DNA of 64,000 bases from the NCBI GenBank assembly GCA_963787445.1, contig CAWBCT010000013.1, positions 32,001 to 96,000 on the forward strand, in the 5' to 3' direction. This DNA is from an uncultured archaeon. GTDB taxonomy: Archaea > Micrarchaeota > Micrarchaeia > Micrarchaeales > CABMGC01. The notes under the pieces were generated by a model, which did no database searches, was not told the DNA's origin, and saw only the letters and a program-made list of their open reading frames with translations. Below are positions 38,087 to 48,213 of the stretch, piece after piece (positions within the stretch are counted from its first letter, which is position 1; every line of letters begins with the position of its first letter). Made by a program: the position numbers and the translations under genes.

Positions 38087-39085
38087 TCATCTCCTCCCTC
38101 TCGCCAAGGCCTGGCCCCTGGCGTCCTTAGCGTCACCAAGAGTGTCTCTGAAGCTGCTGCCGGTAAGCTTTATGAAAACGTCATCAAGGGTAGGCAGGTG
38201 CATGTTGAATGCAAGCACGTCCTTCTCCTCGTTTTCGAGCAGGTGCGCCACCCTCATCGAGGTTCTAAGTGAACGCTTCTCGAAAGTGATTATTATCTTG
38301 TCATCCTTTATCACGCCGTCCACGCCCATCTTATTCTTTATCATCTTATGGACCCGCTCCACGCTCTCCGGCGTGGTGGTTATCTCGACTATGGTGCCCT
38401 GCGAGGCCATGCGCTTCAGCTCCGAAGCGGTGCCCATCGCTTTTATCTCTCCATGGTCTACTATGGCGATTCGGTCGCAGAGGGTGTCGGCCTCTTCGAG
38501 ATACTGCGTAGTGAGTATGACCGTGATCCCCTTCTTATGGAGCTCGTTGATGTGCTTCCACATTGCAACCCTGCTTTGAACGTCCAGGCCTGTCGTTGGC
38601 TCGTCCAGAATCAGGATCTTCGGCTCTTGTATCATCGACTTGACCAGGTTCAGGCGCCGCTGCATCCCGCCGGAGTAGGTGCCAGCCGGAACGTTGCCGA
38701 AGTCTGTAAGGTTTGCCTCCTTAAGCGACTCCTTCACACGACCCTCTATCTCCTTTTCAGGTATGTGGTAAAGTTTTGCGAACATGTGCAGGTTTTGGGC
38801 ACCGGTCAGCGCCGATTCGACTACCGTCTCCTGGGTCATGAACCCTATCATCTGTTTGACCTTTATGGTGTTCTTGACGTTGTCATATCCCTCGATGATT
38901 ATGTTGCCCGATGTAGGCTTTAGTATCGTAAGTATCATGTTCAAGGTGGTGGTCTTGCCTGCTCCGTTGGGCCCGAGCAATCCGAAGATCTCCCCCTTTT
39001 CTATCTTGAAGCTGACTCCTTTGACCGCCTGAAAGTCGCCAAAGCTCTTCTTTATGCTATTCACTTCCACGGCGTATTCAGGCAT
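38087..39085 (-). CDS. ABC exporter ATPase (DrrA-like)
   Basis: GPNGAGKT, YSGGMQRR, LDEPTTGLD, PTLDDVF. Confidence 0.93.
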   Translation of the reverse strand: MPEYAVEVNSIKKSFGDFQAVKGVSFKIEKGEIFGLLGPNGAGKTTTLNMILTILKPTSGNIIIEGYDNVKNTIKVKQMIGFMTQETVVESALTGAQNLHMFAKLYHIPEKEIEGRVKESLKEANLTDFGNVPAGTYSGGMQRRLNLVKSMIQEPKILILDEPTTGLDVQSRVAMWKHINELHKKGITVILTTQYLEEADTLCDRIAIVDHGEIKAMGTASELKRMASQGTIVEITTTPESVERVHKMIKNKMGVDGVIKDDKIIITFEKRSLRTSMRVAHLLENEEKDVLAFNMHLPTLDDVFIKLTGSSFRDTLGDAKDARGQALARGRR

Positions 39086-39446
39086 TGAAATCAGCTATCA
39101 GCTCTTTTGCGCGCTTTATGTGCAGGACGATTATGGCCCTGGCCTTCTTCAGCATCTCCTTGCCCTTGGGTGTGAGTTTATACTTTTTCTGGACCTTGCC
39201 CGAGATGAGCCTCGCCTCGCTTGTGACAAAGCCCTCCTTCTCCAGCGCATTGAGGTTGTTGTACACGTCGTTCTTCGTGACTTTCATCGGCATGTGGTGG
39301 TTTTTGTGGGAGAGCGCTTTCAGTATCGCGTAGGGGTAGTCCTCACCGGCCTTTATCTTCCTAAGGATGATGAGCTTCAGTATCCCGTTCATGAAGGACT
39401 TGTCTATGTGCTTTCGCACCTCCAAACCTATTTCTTCAGTGTTCAT
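39078..39446 (-). CDS. PadR family transcriptional regulator
   Basis: 'YPYAIL', 'VYNNLNALEKEG', 'KKYKLTPKG'. Confidence 0.88.
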   Translation of the reverse strand: MNTEEIGLEVRKHIDKSFMNGILKLIILRKIKAGEDYPYAILKALSHKNHHMPMKVTKNDVYNNLNALEKEGFVTSEARLISGKVQKKYKLTPKGKEMLKKARAIIVLHIKRAKELIADFNA

Positions 39447-39452
39447 GCAATC

Positions 39453-39472
39453 TTAGTTTAAACTTAAACTAA
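39453..39472. promoter_or_regulatory. Probable PadR operator
   Basis: Perfect inverted repeat TTAGTTTAA-AC-TTAAACTAA just upstream of the padR start. Confidence 0.7.
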
Positions 39473-39601
39473 TTAGTTATTACACCATAATGAATATAAA
39501 CATATTGCCGATTTGCAAGTCGCTTTGGAAAAGGCTCCGGCGGGTTCGGGATTCCATGCAAAAACCATTTAAATTACTTTATACGATATAAGTTCGATAG
39601 C

Positions 39602-42436
39602 TTGATCAATTATCAATCCGTAGAGGAGCGGTGGCAGAAGGCCTGGAGAGAGGCGAAGATCTTCGAGCCCGGCGTCAGCCCAAGGCCTTCCTACATGGTC
39701 ACTGCTGCATTTCCTTACACCAACGGTCCGCAGCATCTTGGTCACCTCAGAACCTACTGCACCGCCGACGTGCTGGCAAGGTACAAACGCATGAAGGGCT
39801 TCAATGTCCTCTTTCCAATGGGCTTCCACCTTACTGGAACGCCTCTACTTGCGCAGGCGAACAAGCTTAAGGAGAAGAATACCGAACTCATTGCCGACTT
39901 TAAGTCCTTCGGAATCTCCGACGAAGAGATAGAGAAGATGAAAGACCCCCTTTACATGGGCCTTTACTTTGCGAAGGAGATTCGGTCGGGAATGGAGAAA
40001 GCTGGCTACAGCATCGATTGGACAAGGAGCTTCACCTCGATAGACCCGCAGTTCAGCAAGATGATCGAGTGGCAATTCGGAGTGCTTAACAGGCTGGGAT
40101 ACCTGGTCCAGGGCAGGCATCCGGTAGGCTGGTGCCCCAGGGAGAACAACGCGGTTGGGATGCACGACACCAAAGGGGACGTGGAACCTGAGATAGAAAA
40201 GGAGATAGCCGTTGCGTTCAAGGTTGATGGCCAAGATTACTCAATCCTTTGCACGACCTTCAGACCAGAGACCCTCGAAGGAGTCACAAACCTGTTCGTA
40301 AACGAAAACGAGGCCTATGTGAAGTGCAAGATGGGCGGCTCGCAGACTTTATACTGCATATCAAAAGCAAGTGTGGACCAGGTGGGTTACCAGCTCGGGC
40401 TTCAGGTGGTCGGGGAGATTTCCGGCAAGGAGCTGAGTGGAAAGAGCTGCAGAAACCCATTCAACGGCGTCGCCCTCCCGATTTTTCCAGGGTACTTCGT
40501 GAAGCCGGACGTTGGAACCGGGGCAGTTATGAGCGTTCCAGCTCATGCACCGTTTGACTACGTGGCCCTCATGAAGCTCAAGAAGTCCGGCTATAATGTT
40601 GGCGAAATCAAGCCGATAATTGTTCTGGAGATTCCCGGTAAGCAAAAGACAAGCAGCGCGCCTGCCTCATTGGACATTCCTGCCCTGGCGTATCTTGAGG
40701 CAGTGAAGGCCGACATAAATGCTGAAGACAAGCTCATAGAGTCTGCAACAAAGCTGCAGTACAAGGAGGAGTCGCACAAGGGCAAGATGCTTACCAAAGG
40801 CTTTGAGGGAATGAGCGAGCCCGAAGCCAGAGAGAAGATGAGCAAGCAGCTGATCGACAGCAAGGACGCAATCGAGCTGTACGTCCTTGTGAACGAGGAA
40901 CCAGTCCTGTGCAGGTGCATGACGCGAATAGTGGTAAAAGTCGTTGACAATCAGTGGTTCATCAATTATGGGGACAAGGAGTGGAAGGAGATTGCAAGAA
41001 AGGCTCTTGCCAACGTCCGGATAATACCGGAAAAGAGCAAACCGGCCTTCTCATCGGCGCTCGAGTGGATAAACCTTAGGGCGGTAGCCAGGGCCCAGGG
41101 GCTCGGAACTCATTTCCCGCTGGATAAAAATTATCTTATAGAGTCTCTTTCCGACTCAACCATGTACATGACCTTGTATACCATACAGAATCTCCTAAAG
41201 GGTGTTGAACCCGAGAGACTCACCCCTGAATTCTTTGAGTATGTGTATCTTGGTAAGGGCGACCTTCAGGAGATCTCAGGCAGGACCGGAGTGGATTCCG
41301 AGCTGCTGAAGCGTTGCAGGGAGGCCTTTTCCTACTGGTACGCCGACACCTCCCGCCACTCAAGCCTCGAGCTGATCTTCAACCACTACACCATGTACAT
41401 TTTCAACCACGCCGCAATCTTCCCGAAGGAGAACTGGCCGAAGCAGATAGTTGCAAACGGCGTTGTGATGATGGAAGGGGAGAAGATGAGCAAGAGCCTA
41501 GGGAACATTATCATGCTCTCCGATGGAATAAAGAGGTTCGGCGCCGATCCGCTCCGCTTCGTGATAGTTGCAAGCACCGACCTGTTCAACGATTCGAATT
41601 TTGCCGAGGACTCGGTTCGCGGGACCCAGGAACGGTTCGAGTACCTTTACAAGGTCTGCTCCGACCTGGATGGCATGGAGGCCGGGGAGCTCTCCCAAAT
41701 CGACTACTGGCTGTACTCGAAGATCAACAGGAAGATCAGCTACGTAACGGAGGCGATGGAAAAGCTCGAGCTCAGAGACATCTCAACTGAGCTGCTTTAC
41801 AACACCGTGCTCGAGCTGAAGCACTACTTCCTGCGCGGAGGGAAGAACAGCCTTGCCGTGAGGGAGTACATCTCGCAGCTGATACTCATGCTTCAGCCAG
41901 TTGTACCGCACCTCGCTGAGGAGCTATGGCACCTCATCGGAAATTCCAGCTTTGTATCCATCGAAAGGTGGCCCGAGGCGGACCCATCCATGCTGAGCGA
42001 CCAGGTGGAGAGCCAAGAGGAGTTCGTCGAGAACGCGCTGAACGACTCCAAGCAGATAGCGGCGCTGATGGGGAAGAAGTCGGAGAAGAGGGCGAGGGAG
42101 ATAACACTCATAGTGGCGAGCCAGTGGAAGCACGACCTGCTGGAGAGCCTCTCAAAGAGCAGGAGCATGGAGAAGGCGCTTGCCACGATCGCGGACAAGA
42201 AGGAGCCGGGTAAGGAGGCCGCCGCAAAGTATCTCGGCGGGTACATGAAGCGGGTAAATGAGCTGAAGGTGCCGGGCCTCTCATCCGACGAAGAGCTCAG
42301 CGCGCTGAAGGGCGCCATTCCTTATCTTTCGCAGATGCTGGGCTGCAATGTAAAAGTTGAACCAGAAAATGAGTCAAAGTCAGAGCGTGCAACCCGTGCG
42401 TCGCCGTCGAAACCCAGCATAGACCTAGTTTATTGA
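39602..42436 (+). CDS. leuS: Leucyl-tRNA synthetase (archaeal type)
   Basis: FPYTNG..HLGH, TFRPET, GTGAVMSVPAHAP, IESLSDST, KMSKS. Confidence 0.96.
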   Translation: MINYQSVEERWQKAWREAKIFEPGVSPRPSYMVTAAFPYTNGPQHLGHLRTYCTADVLARYKRMKGFNVLFPMGFHLTGTPLLAQANKLKEKNTELIADFKSFGISDEEIEKMKDPLYMGLYFAKEIRSGMEKAGYSIDWTRSFTSIDPQFSKMIEWQFGVLNRLGYLVQGRHPVGWCPRENNAVGMHDTKGDVEPEIEKEIAVAFKVDGQDYSILCTTFRPETLEGVTNLFVNENEAYVKCKMGGSQTLYCISKASVDQVGYQLGLQVVGEISGKELSGKSCRNPFNGVALPIFPGYFVKPDVGTGAVMSVPAHAPFDYVALMKLKKSGYNVGEIKPIIVLEIPGKQKTSSAPASLDIPALAYLEAVKADINAEDKLIESATKLQYKEESHKGKMLTKGFEGMSEPEAREKMSKQLIDSKDAIELYVLVNEEPVLCRCMTRIVVKVVDNQWFINYGDKEWKEIARKALANVRIIPEKSKPAFSSALEWINLRAVARAQGLGTHFPLDKNYLIESLSDSTMYMTLYTIQNLLKGVEPERLTPEFFEYVYLGKGDLQEISGRTGVDSELLKRCREAFSYWYADTSRHSSLELIFNHYTMYIFNHAAIFPKENWPKQIVANGVVMMEGEKMSKSLGNIIMLSDGIKRFGADPLRFVIVASTDLFNDSNFAEDSVRGTQERFEYLYKVCSDLDGMEAGELSQIDYWLYSKINRKISYVTEAMEKLELRDISTELLYNTVLELKHYFLRGGKNSLAVREYISQLILMLQPVVPHLAEELWHLIGNSSFVSIERWPEADPSMLSDQVESQEEFVENALNDSKQIAALMGKKSEKRAREITLIVASQWKHDLLESLSKSRSMEKALATIADKKEPGKEAAAKYLGGYMKRVNELKVPGLSSDEELSALKGAIPYLSQMLGCNVKVEPENESKSERATRASPSKPSIDLVY

Positions 42437-42452
42437 CAAGTCCCGAGATTGC

Positions 42453-42875
42453 TCATTTGCCCATGAACTTCTCGCCGAACTTTAAGAATGCCTTGCAGTC
42501 CTTTATAGCCTGCGTTGATTCCAGCTCGGAGGAAAGTTCGCCGCTGTACTGGATAGCGTGCCTTGAGATCCTGTAGGAGTTCAAAATATTCACGAACCCA
42601 AGAATCTCTTTGTTTGACTTGTACAGTTGCTCAAGCGCACTTACCATTGCAAAATGGCCGCGCTCTTTGTAGCCCGCCTTGAAAAGTAACGCCCTCGCGA
42701 CATGGAACATGCTGTTGTAGGCCAGCAAGAATGCGGTGTCATAAAAGTTCATCTCCATGTTGCCTTCCGCCCTTTCCAAAAAGTGTTTAGCCATGCTGAT
42801 GGAACCACTCATCTCTTCGGGCTTCACACCTTCTCTTCTAATAAACCCTTTCTCCAAAAGCTCTTCAATTTTCAT
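42453..42875 (-). CDS. HEPN domain protein
   Basis: 'AYNSMFHVARALL', 'ERGH', 'RHAIQY'. Confidence 0.88.
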   Translation of the reverse strand: MKIEELLEKGFIRREGVKPEEMSGSISMAKHFLERAEGNMEMNFYDTAFLLAYNSMFHVARALLFKAGYKERGHFAMVSALEQLYKSNKEILGFVNILNSYRISRHAIQYSGELSSELESTQAIKDCKAFLKFGEKFMGK

Positions 42876-43420
42876 ATCTTCGCCCCACCAAGCAGCACAT
42901 GATCCTTAATCACCGAATAATAAAATAAGTCTTTCTTTGACTCCAGTTTCCTCCATTCCGCAAAATTCATGATTTCTACCTTGACTTCTTTGTTTACTTC
43001 CCCTTCAATTTCCCTTATTTTCTTCAAATCTAAGGTTTTTACACTGCTTATCGCTAGCAGATCAACATCACTACCTTTGTCATACTCGCCGGTTGCATGA
43101 CTTCCATACAACAAGAGTGTGGAGATGTGCGGGTTGGCCTTTAGAAAACCGTCCATGCGCTCTGACACCAGGGCCAGGAAATACAGTTTTTTGAGTTCGA
43201 GCGTCTGATAGTTAGTTACCAATGAATACAATTTGAGATTCCCAAGCCTTTCGCTTTTCAGGAAACCATTGCGCTCATAAAATTCCAAATATGTTTGAGC
43301 TGTTCTGGGGCTAACACGAAGCGCTCTTGTTAGGCCCTTTACGTGCACTTTTCCGTCTTCTCTGAGGAAGAACTCCAGAACTGCCCAGCCCTTAAAACGC
43401 CGCCAATCAGTAAATATCAT
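42872..43420 (-). CDS. Minimal nucleotidyltransferase (MNT) with N-terminal wHTH
   Basis: YGSHATG...SDVDL; ATGA overlap with the HEPN gene. Confidence 0.9.
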   Translation of the reverse strand: MIFTDWRRFKGWAVLEFFLREDGKVHVKGLTRALRVSPRTAQTYLEFYERNGFLKSERLGNLKLYSLVTNYQTLELKKLYFLALVSERMDGFLKANPHISTLLLYGSHATGEYDKGSDVDLLAISSVKTLDLKKIREIEGEVNKEVKVEIMNFAEWRKLESKKDLFYYSVIKDHVLLGGAKI

Positions 43421-43550
43421 AATAAGAAATACGATAGTATGATATATAATACTTTCGTATTATTGATTAATATAATCCCTAGCCTCTGGCTTGTTAAAAT
43501 CCGCTGGAAGCTTAATATAGTTTCTTTTTCTATCCGTAATCGGTGCGCAG

Positions 43551-44621
43551 ATGCTCAAAAAGGCGTTCGAGTCCAGCGTAAATTATCTTCAGGTAATGGA
43601 CGAGACCGGAGCCATCGACCAGACTCTTTTTCCAAAGGACGTAAACGACGCAAAGATCCTTGAGATGTACAAGAACATGCTCTTCGCGCGCAGTGTCGAT
43701 GCGAAAACGCTGAGCCTTCAGCGCCAGGGCCGCGCCGTAACCTACGCCCCGCTCCTGGGAGAGGAGGCAACGCAGATTGGAAGCGCGATGGCGATGCGGA
43801 AGGATGACATCTTCGTCCCCTCGTTCAGGCAGCATGGCGTATTTCTTACAAGGGGCGCGTCACTAGAGCTTCTTTATGTAGGCTGGAGAGGGTTCGAGGA
43901 TGGCAACGTGATACCCAAGGAGATGAACGCCTATCCTGTCGCAGTCCCTGTTTCGACGCAGATCCCACACGCCGTGGGAATTGCGTTCGCCCAGAAATAT
44001 CTCAAAACCGGCAAGGCGGTGGTTGCATACGTCGGAGACGGGGGAACGTCGGAGGGCGACTTCTACGAGGGAATGAACTTCGCGGGCGTCTGGAAAGTCC
44101 CGCTTGTGATAATTATAGAAAACAACCAGTGGGCAATCTCAATTCCGCGCGCAAACCAGACCGCAGCCCCGACGCTTGCACAAAAAGCGATAGCTGCTGG
44201 AATAGATTGCATTCAAGTGGACGGGAATGACGTTCTTGCAGTCTACAAGGCAACCCAGGACGCGATAAACAACTCTTCCAGGGGCCCGACAGTGATTGAG
44301 TGCCTCACCTACAGAATGGGAATGCACACAACTGCGGATGACCCGTCAAAGTACCGGTCTGACGCCGAAGCAGAGTTGTGGAAGCCCAAGGATCCCCTCC
44401 TCAGAGTCAAAACCTACCTTATGCAGAAAAGAGTCATAGATGCCAACTTCGATGTGCAGACAACGGAGCAGCAGAACGCGCTGATAGACAAGGCTGTGGA
44501 GAGCGCCGAACAGTTCAAGCCCGACCCGGCCACGATGTTCAAGCACATTTACAGCTTTATGCCGCAGCTCCTCCAGGAGGAGCTTGACGAGGCAACAGCC
44601 GCAAAGTTCTGGCAGGAGTAG
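43551..44621 (+). CDS. pdhA: Pyruvate (2-oxoacid) dehydrogenase E1 alpha
   Basis: LQRQGR, GDGGTSEGD..NNQWAIS, HTTADDP. Confidence 0.93.
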   Translation: MLKKAFESSVNYLQVMDETGAIDQTLFPKDVNDAKILEMYKNMLFARSVDAKTLSLQRQGRAVTYAPLLGEEATQIGSAMAMRKDDIFVPSFRQHGVFLTRGASLELLYVGWRGFEDGNVIPKEMNAYPVAVPVSTQIPHAVGIAFAQKYLKTGKAVVAYVGDGGTSEGDFYEGMNFAGVWKVPLVIIIENNQWAISIPRANQTAAPTLAQKAIAAGIDCIQVDGNDVLAVYKATQDAINNSSRGPTVIECLTYRMGMHTTADDPSKYRSDAEAELWKPKDPLLRVKTYLMQKRVIDANFDVQTTEQQNALIDKAVESAEQFKPDPATMFKHIYSFMPQLLQEELDEATAAKFWQE

Positions 44622-44629
44622 ATGATATT

Positions 44630-45595
44630 ATGCAGATGAACATGGTTTCCGCTTTGAACAACGCCCTCTCGCTAGCGATGCAGGAAAACGAGAAGATCGT
44701 CATTTTGGGTGAGGATGTTGGGAAAGACGGCGGAGTTTTCAGGGTAACCGACGGTCTTATTGACAAGTTCGGAGCCGGTCGGGTGATTGACACGCCCCTC
44801 GCAGAATCCGGGATAGCCGGCACTTCAATAGGAATGGCTCTCGCAGGTATGCATCCAATCGCAGAGATGCAGTTCGCCGGCTTCGCCTTCCTCGGTCTTG
44901 CCCAGATTCTTAATCATGCCGCAAGATACAGGGGCAGGACGCGCTCGGTGATGACGGTTCCCATGATGGTAAGGATGCCCGTAAGCGGAGGGGTAAGAAC
45001 GCTGGAGCACCACTCGGAAAGTCCTGAGACCTACTTCTCGCATGTCGGCGGTCTTATTGTCCTAGAGCCATCAAATCCGTACGACGCAAAAGGCCTGATG
45101 ATAAAGGCGGCGAGGATGAACGACCCAGTAATCTTCCTTGAACCGACAAAGCTCTACAGACTTATCAAGCAGGATGTTCCAGAGGATGTTTATGAAGTCC
45201 CAATAGGAAAGGCTAATGTCGTTAGGGCAGGAAGCGACCTCTCGATAATAACCTACGGCACGATGGTCCCGCTGGTCAAGGAGATAGTTGAAAAGAAGAA
45301 GCTCGATGCGGAAATAATAGACCTGAGAACGATAAATCCTCTCGATGAAACCACAATAATAGCCAGCGCCATGAAGACCGGAAGGGTGGCGATAGTGCAC
45401 GAAGCGCCGGAGAGCTTCGGAGTCGGGGCGGAAATCGCCGCAAGGATAGCAGACAAAGCGATCTTCGAGCTTCAGGCCCCGATCATAAGGGTCGCGGCCC
45501 CGAGCCTGCCCTATCCGTACCCCGGATACGAGAATTATTATGTTCCAAACGAGCTGAAGATCTCGCAGGCGTTGGATAGACTGATGAGCCCGTGA
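44630..45595 (+). CDS. pdhB: Pyruvate (2-oxoacid) dehydrogenase E1 beta
   Basis: GEDVG..GGVFR, DTPLAE, EHHS, DLRT. Confidence 0.93.
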   Translation: MQMNMVSALNNALSLAMQENEKIVILGEDVGKDGGVFRVTDGLIDKFGAGRVIDTPLAESGIAGTSIGMALAGMHPIAEMQFAGFAFLGLAQILNHAARYRGRTRSVMTVPMMVRMPVSGGVRTLEHHSESPETYFSHVGGLIVLEPSNPYDAKGLMIKAARMNDPVIFLEPTKLYRLIKQDVPEDVYEVPIGKANVVRAGSDLSIITYGTMVPLVKEIVEKKKLDAEIIDLRTINPLDETTIIASAMKTGRVAIVHEAPESFGVGAEIAARIADKAIFELQAPIIRVAAPSLPYPYPGYENYYVPNELKISQALDRLMSP

Positions 45596-45599
45596 TTGC

Positions 45600-46829
45600 T
45601 TGAAAGAGATAAGATTTGTTGATGTTGGGGAGGGGATAACCGAGGGTCACATTCGGGCCTGGCTGGTCAAGAACCTGGATACGGTGAAGGAGGACCAGCC
45701 GGTGGTGCAGGTAGAGACGGACAAAGCCATAGTTAACGTTCCCGCGCCAATCTCGGGAATCATAAAAATTGCAGCCCAGACCGGAACCACTGTCAAGGTG
45801 GGCGACCTGGTCGCCTCGGTCGGAGAGGCTTCAGAATTTTCTTCCACGCAGCAGGTAACACCTTCAGCACAAGCATCGACTGGTGCAGCACCAATCCTAC
45901 AACCTCAGAAATCAGTTCCGCAGGTTGAAAAACCCATGGCAACAAACGAGATACTCGCCCCGCCATCGGTGAGGAAGCTCGCCAGGGAGCTCGGCATAGA
46001 CATAAACCGGGTTACGGGCACGGGCCCGAGCGGAAGAATAACCGAGAATGATGTAAGGAACTTCATAAGTAAAACGCAGAAGCGGGCGATCCCGAAGTTT
46101 TCCGGAACGCTGGAGGAGCAGCACAAGGAGGAGCTTACACGCATACCAATGTCGCAGACAAGAAAAGCGATTGCGCGGAACATGGAGCTCTCCTGGACGA
46201 TACCGCGTGCGGTCCATATGGACCTGATCAATGCAAGCAGTCTCTTCGCACTTGAGCAGAGGGAGAAGCCGCGGCTGGCCGAGCTGGGGATAAAGCTCAC
46301 CTTCCTCCCGTTCATAATCAAGGCCACGGTTGAGGCACTGAAGGAGCATCCGTACTTCAACTCCAGCTACGACCACGAGACCTCGGAGGTGATACTCAAG
46401 AGGTACTACAACTTGGGCATAGCCGCGGAAGCGCCCGATGGCCTCAAGGTCATCGTGATAAAGCAGGCGGACACGAAGAGCATAGCGCAGATAGCCAAAG
46501 AGCTGCAGGTCCTGGCCGAAAAGATAAAGAACCAGACGATAACGGTGGAGGAGATGTCCGACTCCACCTTCACCATAACGAACATCGGGAGCCTGGGCGG
46601 CGGATTCCTCTCGGTGCCGATGATAAATTATCCGGAGGTCGCGATACTCGGGATACAGGCGATCAAGGACATGCCCGTCGTCGTTGACGGCAAGATCGCC
46701 ATCGCCAAGATGCTTCCCTTCTCGCTCGCCTTTGACCACCGGGTGGTTGACGGCGCTGACGCTGTCAAGTTCGGAAGCACGCTGATAAAGTACATCGAGG
46801 ACCCTGACTTCCTCGAGATACTGGGTTGA
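45600..46829 (+). CDS. pdhC: Dihydrolipoamide acyltransferase E2
   Basis: Lipoyl ETDKA, E3-binding 'PSVRKLARE..GTGPSGRI', DHRVVDG. Confidence 0.94.
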   Translation: MKEIRFVDVGEGITEGHIRAWLVKNLDTVKEDQPVVQVETDKAIVNVPAPISGIIKIAAQTGTTVKVGDLVASVGEASEFSSTQQVTPSAQASTGAAPILQPQKSVPQVEKPMATNEILAPPSVRKLARELGIDINRVTGTGPSGRITENDVRNFISKTQKRAIPKFSGTLEEQHKEELTRIPMSQTRKAIARNMELSWTIPRAVHMDLINASSLFALEQREKPRLAELGIKLTFLPFIIKATVEALKEHPYFNSSYDHETSEVILKRYYNLGIAAEAPDGLKVIVIKQADTKSIAQIAKELQVLAEKIKNQTITVEEMSDSTFTITNIGSLGGGFLSVPMINYPEVAILGIQAIKDMPVVVDGKIAIAKMLPFSLAFDHRVVDGADAVKFGSTLIKYIEDPDFLEILG

Positions 46830-46833
46830 TGGC

Positions 46834-48213
46834 TTGGTAATGGGCTCGCTTCCTGAAAAGGTTGACCTTGTTGTGATAGGCGGCGGAGTCGGCGGGTACA
46901 CCGCGGCGATACGTGCAGCAGAGCTGGGAATGAGCGTTGCACTTGTGGAAAAAGAGAAGATGGGCGGGGCCTGCTTGAACTATGCCTGCATCCCGTCCAA
47001 GACCATGATCAACATCGCCAAGATGTACTACGACACGAAGAACGCGGGACAGTTCGGGATAAGCGGCCAACTGCAATTGGACGCGAACAAGATTTTTGAG
47101 TGGCGTGTTGGCGTATCTAACAAGCTTCAGGAAGGCGTAATCTTTCTGTGCAAGTCAAACGGCGTCGAGCTGGTTAAGGGCGCGGCCACATTCACATCCT
47201 CAAATAAGATCCTAATAACAAACGGCACAGAGATAGAGTTCACAAAGGCAATAATAGCGACCGGCTCTCAGCCCACTCCGCAGGACACCGTCCCTTTCGG
47301 CGAAGGCGTTCTTGACTACAAGCAGGTGCTTCTTCTTGATTATATTCCTAAGAGCATGACGATTCTCGGAGCAGGCTATGTTTCTGTTGAAGTTGCGATG
47401 CTCTTCGCGAAGTTCGGCACAAAGGTAAATATCATAGCCAGGTCAGACCTGCTCTCGCGGTTCGACAGAGAGGCCGTGGATGTTGTGAAAAAGAAGATGC
47501 AGGAGCTCGGGATAAAAATATACGCCGGTGCGACAGTCACCTCCAAGGAAGGCAAGCAGCTGAAGCTCAGCACAGGCGAGACGCTTGATCAGGAGATAAT
47601 CGTTGTTGCGGTTGGACTGAAGCCCAACACAATGGGCCTTGGGCTTAGGAACACCAGAGTTACGCTGGATGATAAAGGTTTCGTAAAAGTTGACTCCTCT
47701 CTCCGAACCACCGATTCAAACATACTCGCGATAGGCGACGTGGTCGGGGAGCCCATGCTTGCCCACAAGGCGATGAGGCAGGGTCCGATAGCCGCAGAGG
47801 TTGCGTACGGGATGAACTCTGGGTTCGACAATGTAGTCATACCCGCAGTAATCTTCTCAGACCCGGAGATAGCGATTGCCGGAATCCTGGAGGGCGATGG
47901 CATCCTCACTAAAAAGTATCCCATGTCCGCAGTCGGTAGGGCGATAGCGGTTGGCAAGACCGAGGGTTTTGTCAAGTTTGCATATACAAAAGATGGAATA
48001 GTGAAGGGAGTGGAGATAGTCGGGGAGGATGCGAGCTCTCTCATCAGCGAGGCGACGCTTGCGATCGAGATGGGCGCCACCCTGGAAGACATCGCAAGCA
48101 CGATTCATCCGCATCCGACTTTCAGCGAGGCAATCCAGGAGGCTGCCGAGGCTGCGCTTGACAAACCGATAAACTTTTTCTACGGGAAGAAACCCGCTCA
48201 AGGCACTGTGTAG
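46834..48213 (+). CDS. pdhD: Dihydrolipoamide dehydrogenase E3
   Basis: GGGVGG, GGACLNYACIPSK, HPHPTFSE. Confidence 0.94.
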   Translation: MVMGSLPEKVDLVVIGGGVGGYTAAIRAAELGMSVALVEKEKMGGACLNYACIPSKTMINIAKMYYDTKNAGQFGISGQLQLDANKIFEWRVGVSNKLQEGVIFLCKSNGVELVKGAATFTSSNKILITNGTEIEFTKAIIATGSQPTPQDTVPFGEGVLDYKQVLLLDYIPKSMTILGAGYVSVEVAMLFAKFGTKVNIIARSDLLSRFDREAVDVVKKKMQELGIKIYAGATVTSKEGKQLKLSTGETLDQEIIVVAVGLKPNTMGLGLRNTRVTLDDKGFVKVDSSLRTTDSNILAIGDVVGEPMLAHKAMRQGPIAAEVAYGMNSGFDNVVIPAVIFSDPEIAIAGILEGDGILTKKYPMSAVGRAIAVGKTEGFVKFAYTKDGIVKGVEIVGEDASSLISEATLAIEMGATLEDIASTIHPHPTFSEAIQEAAEAALDKPINFFYGKKPAQGTV

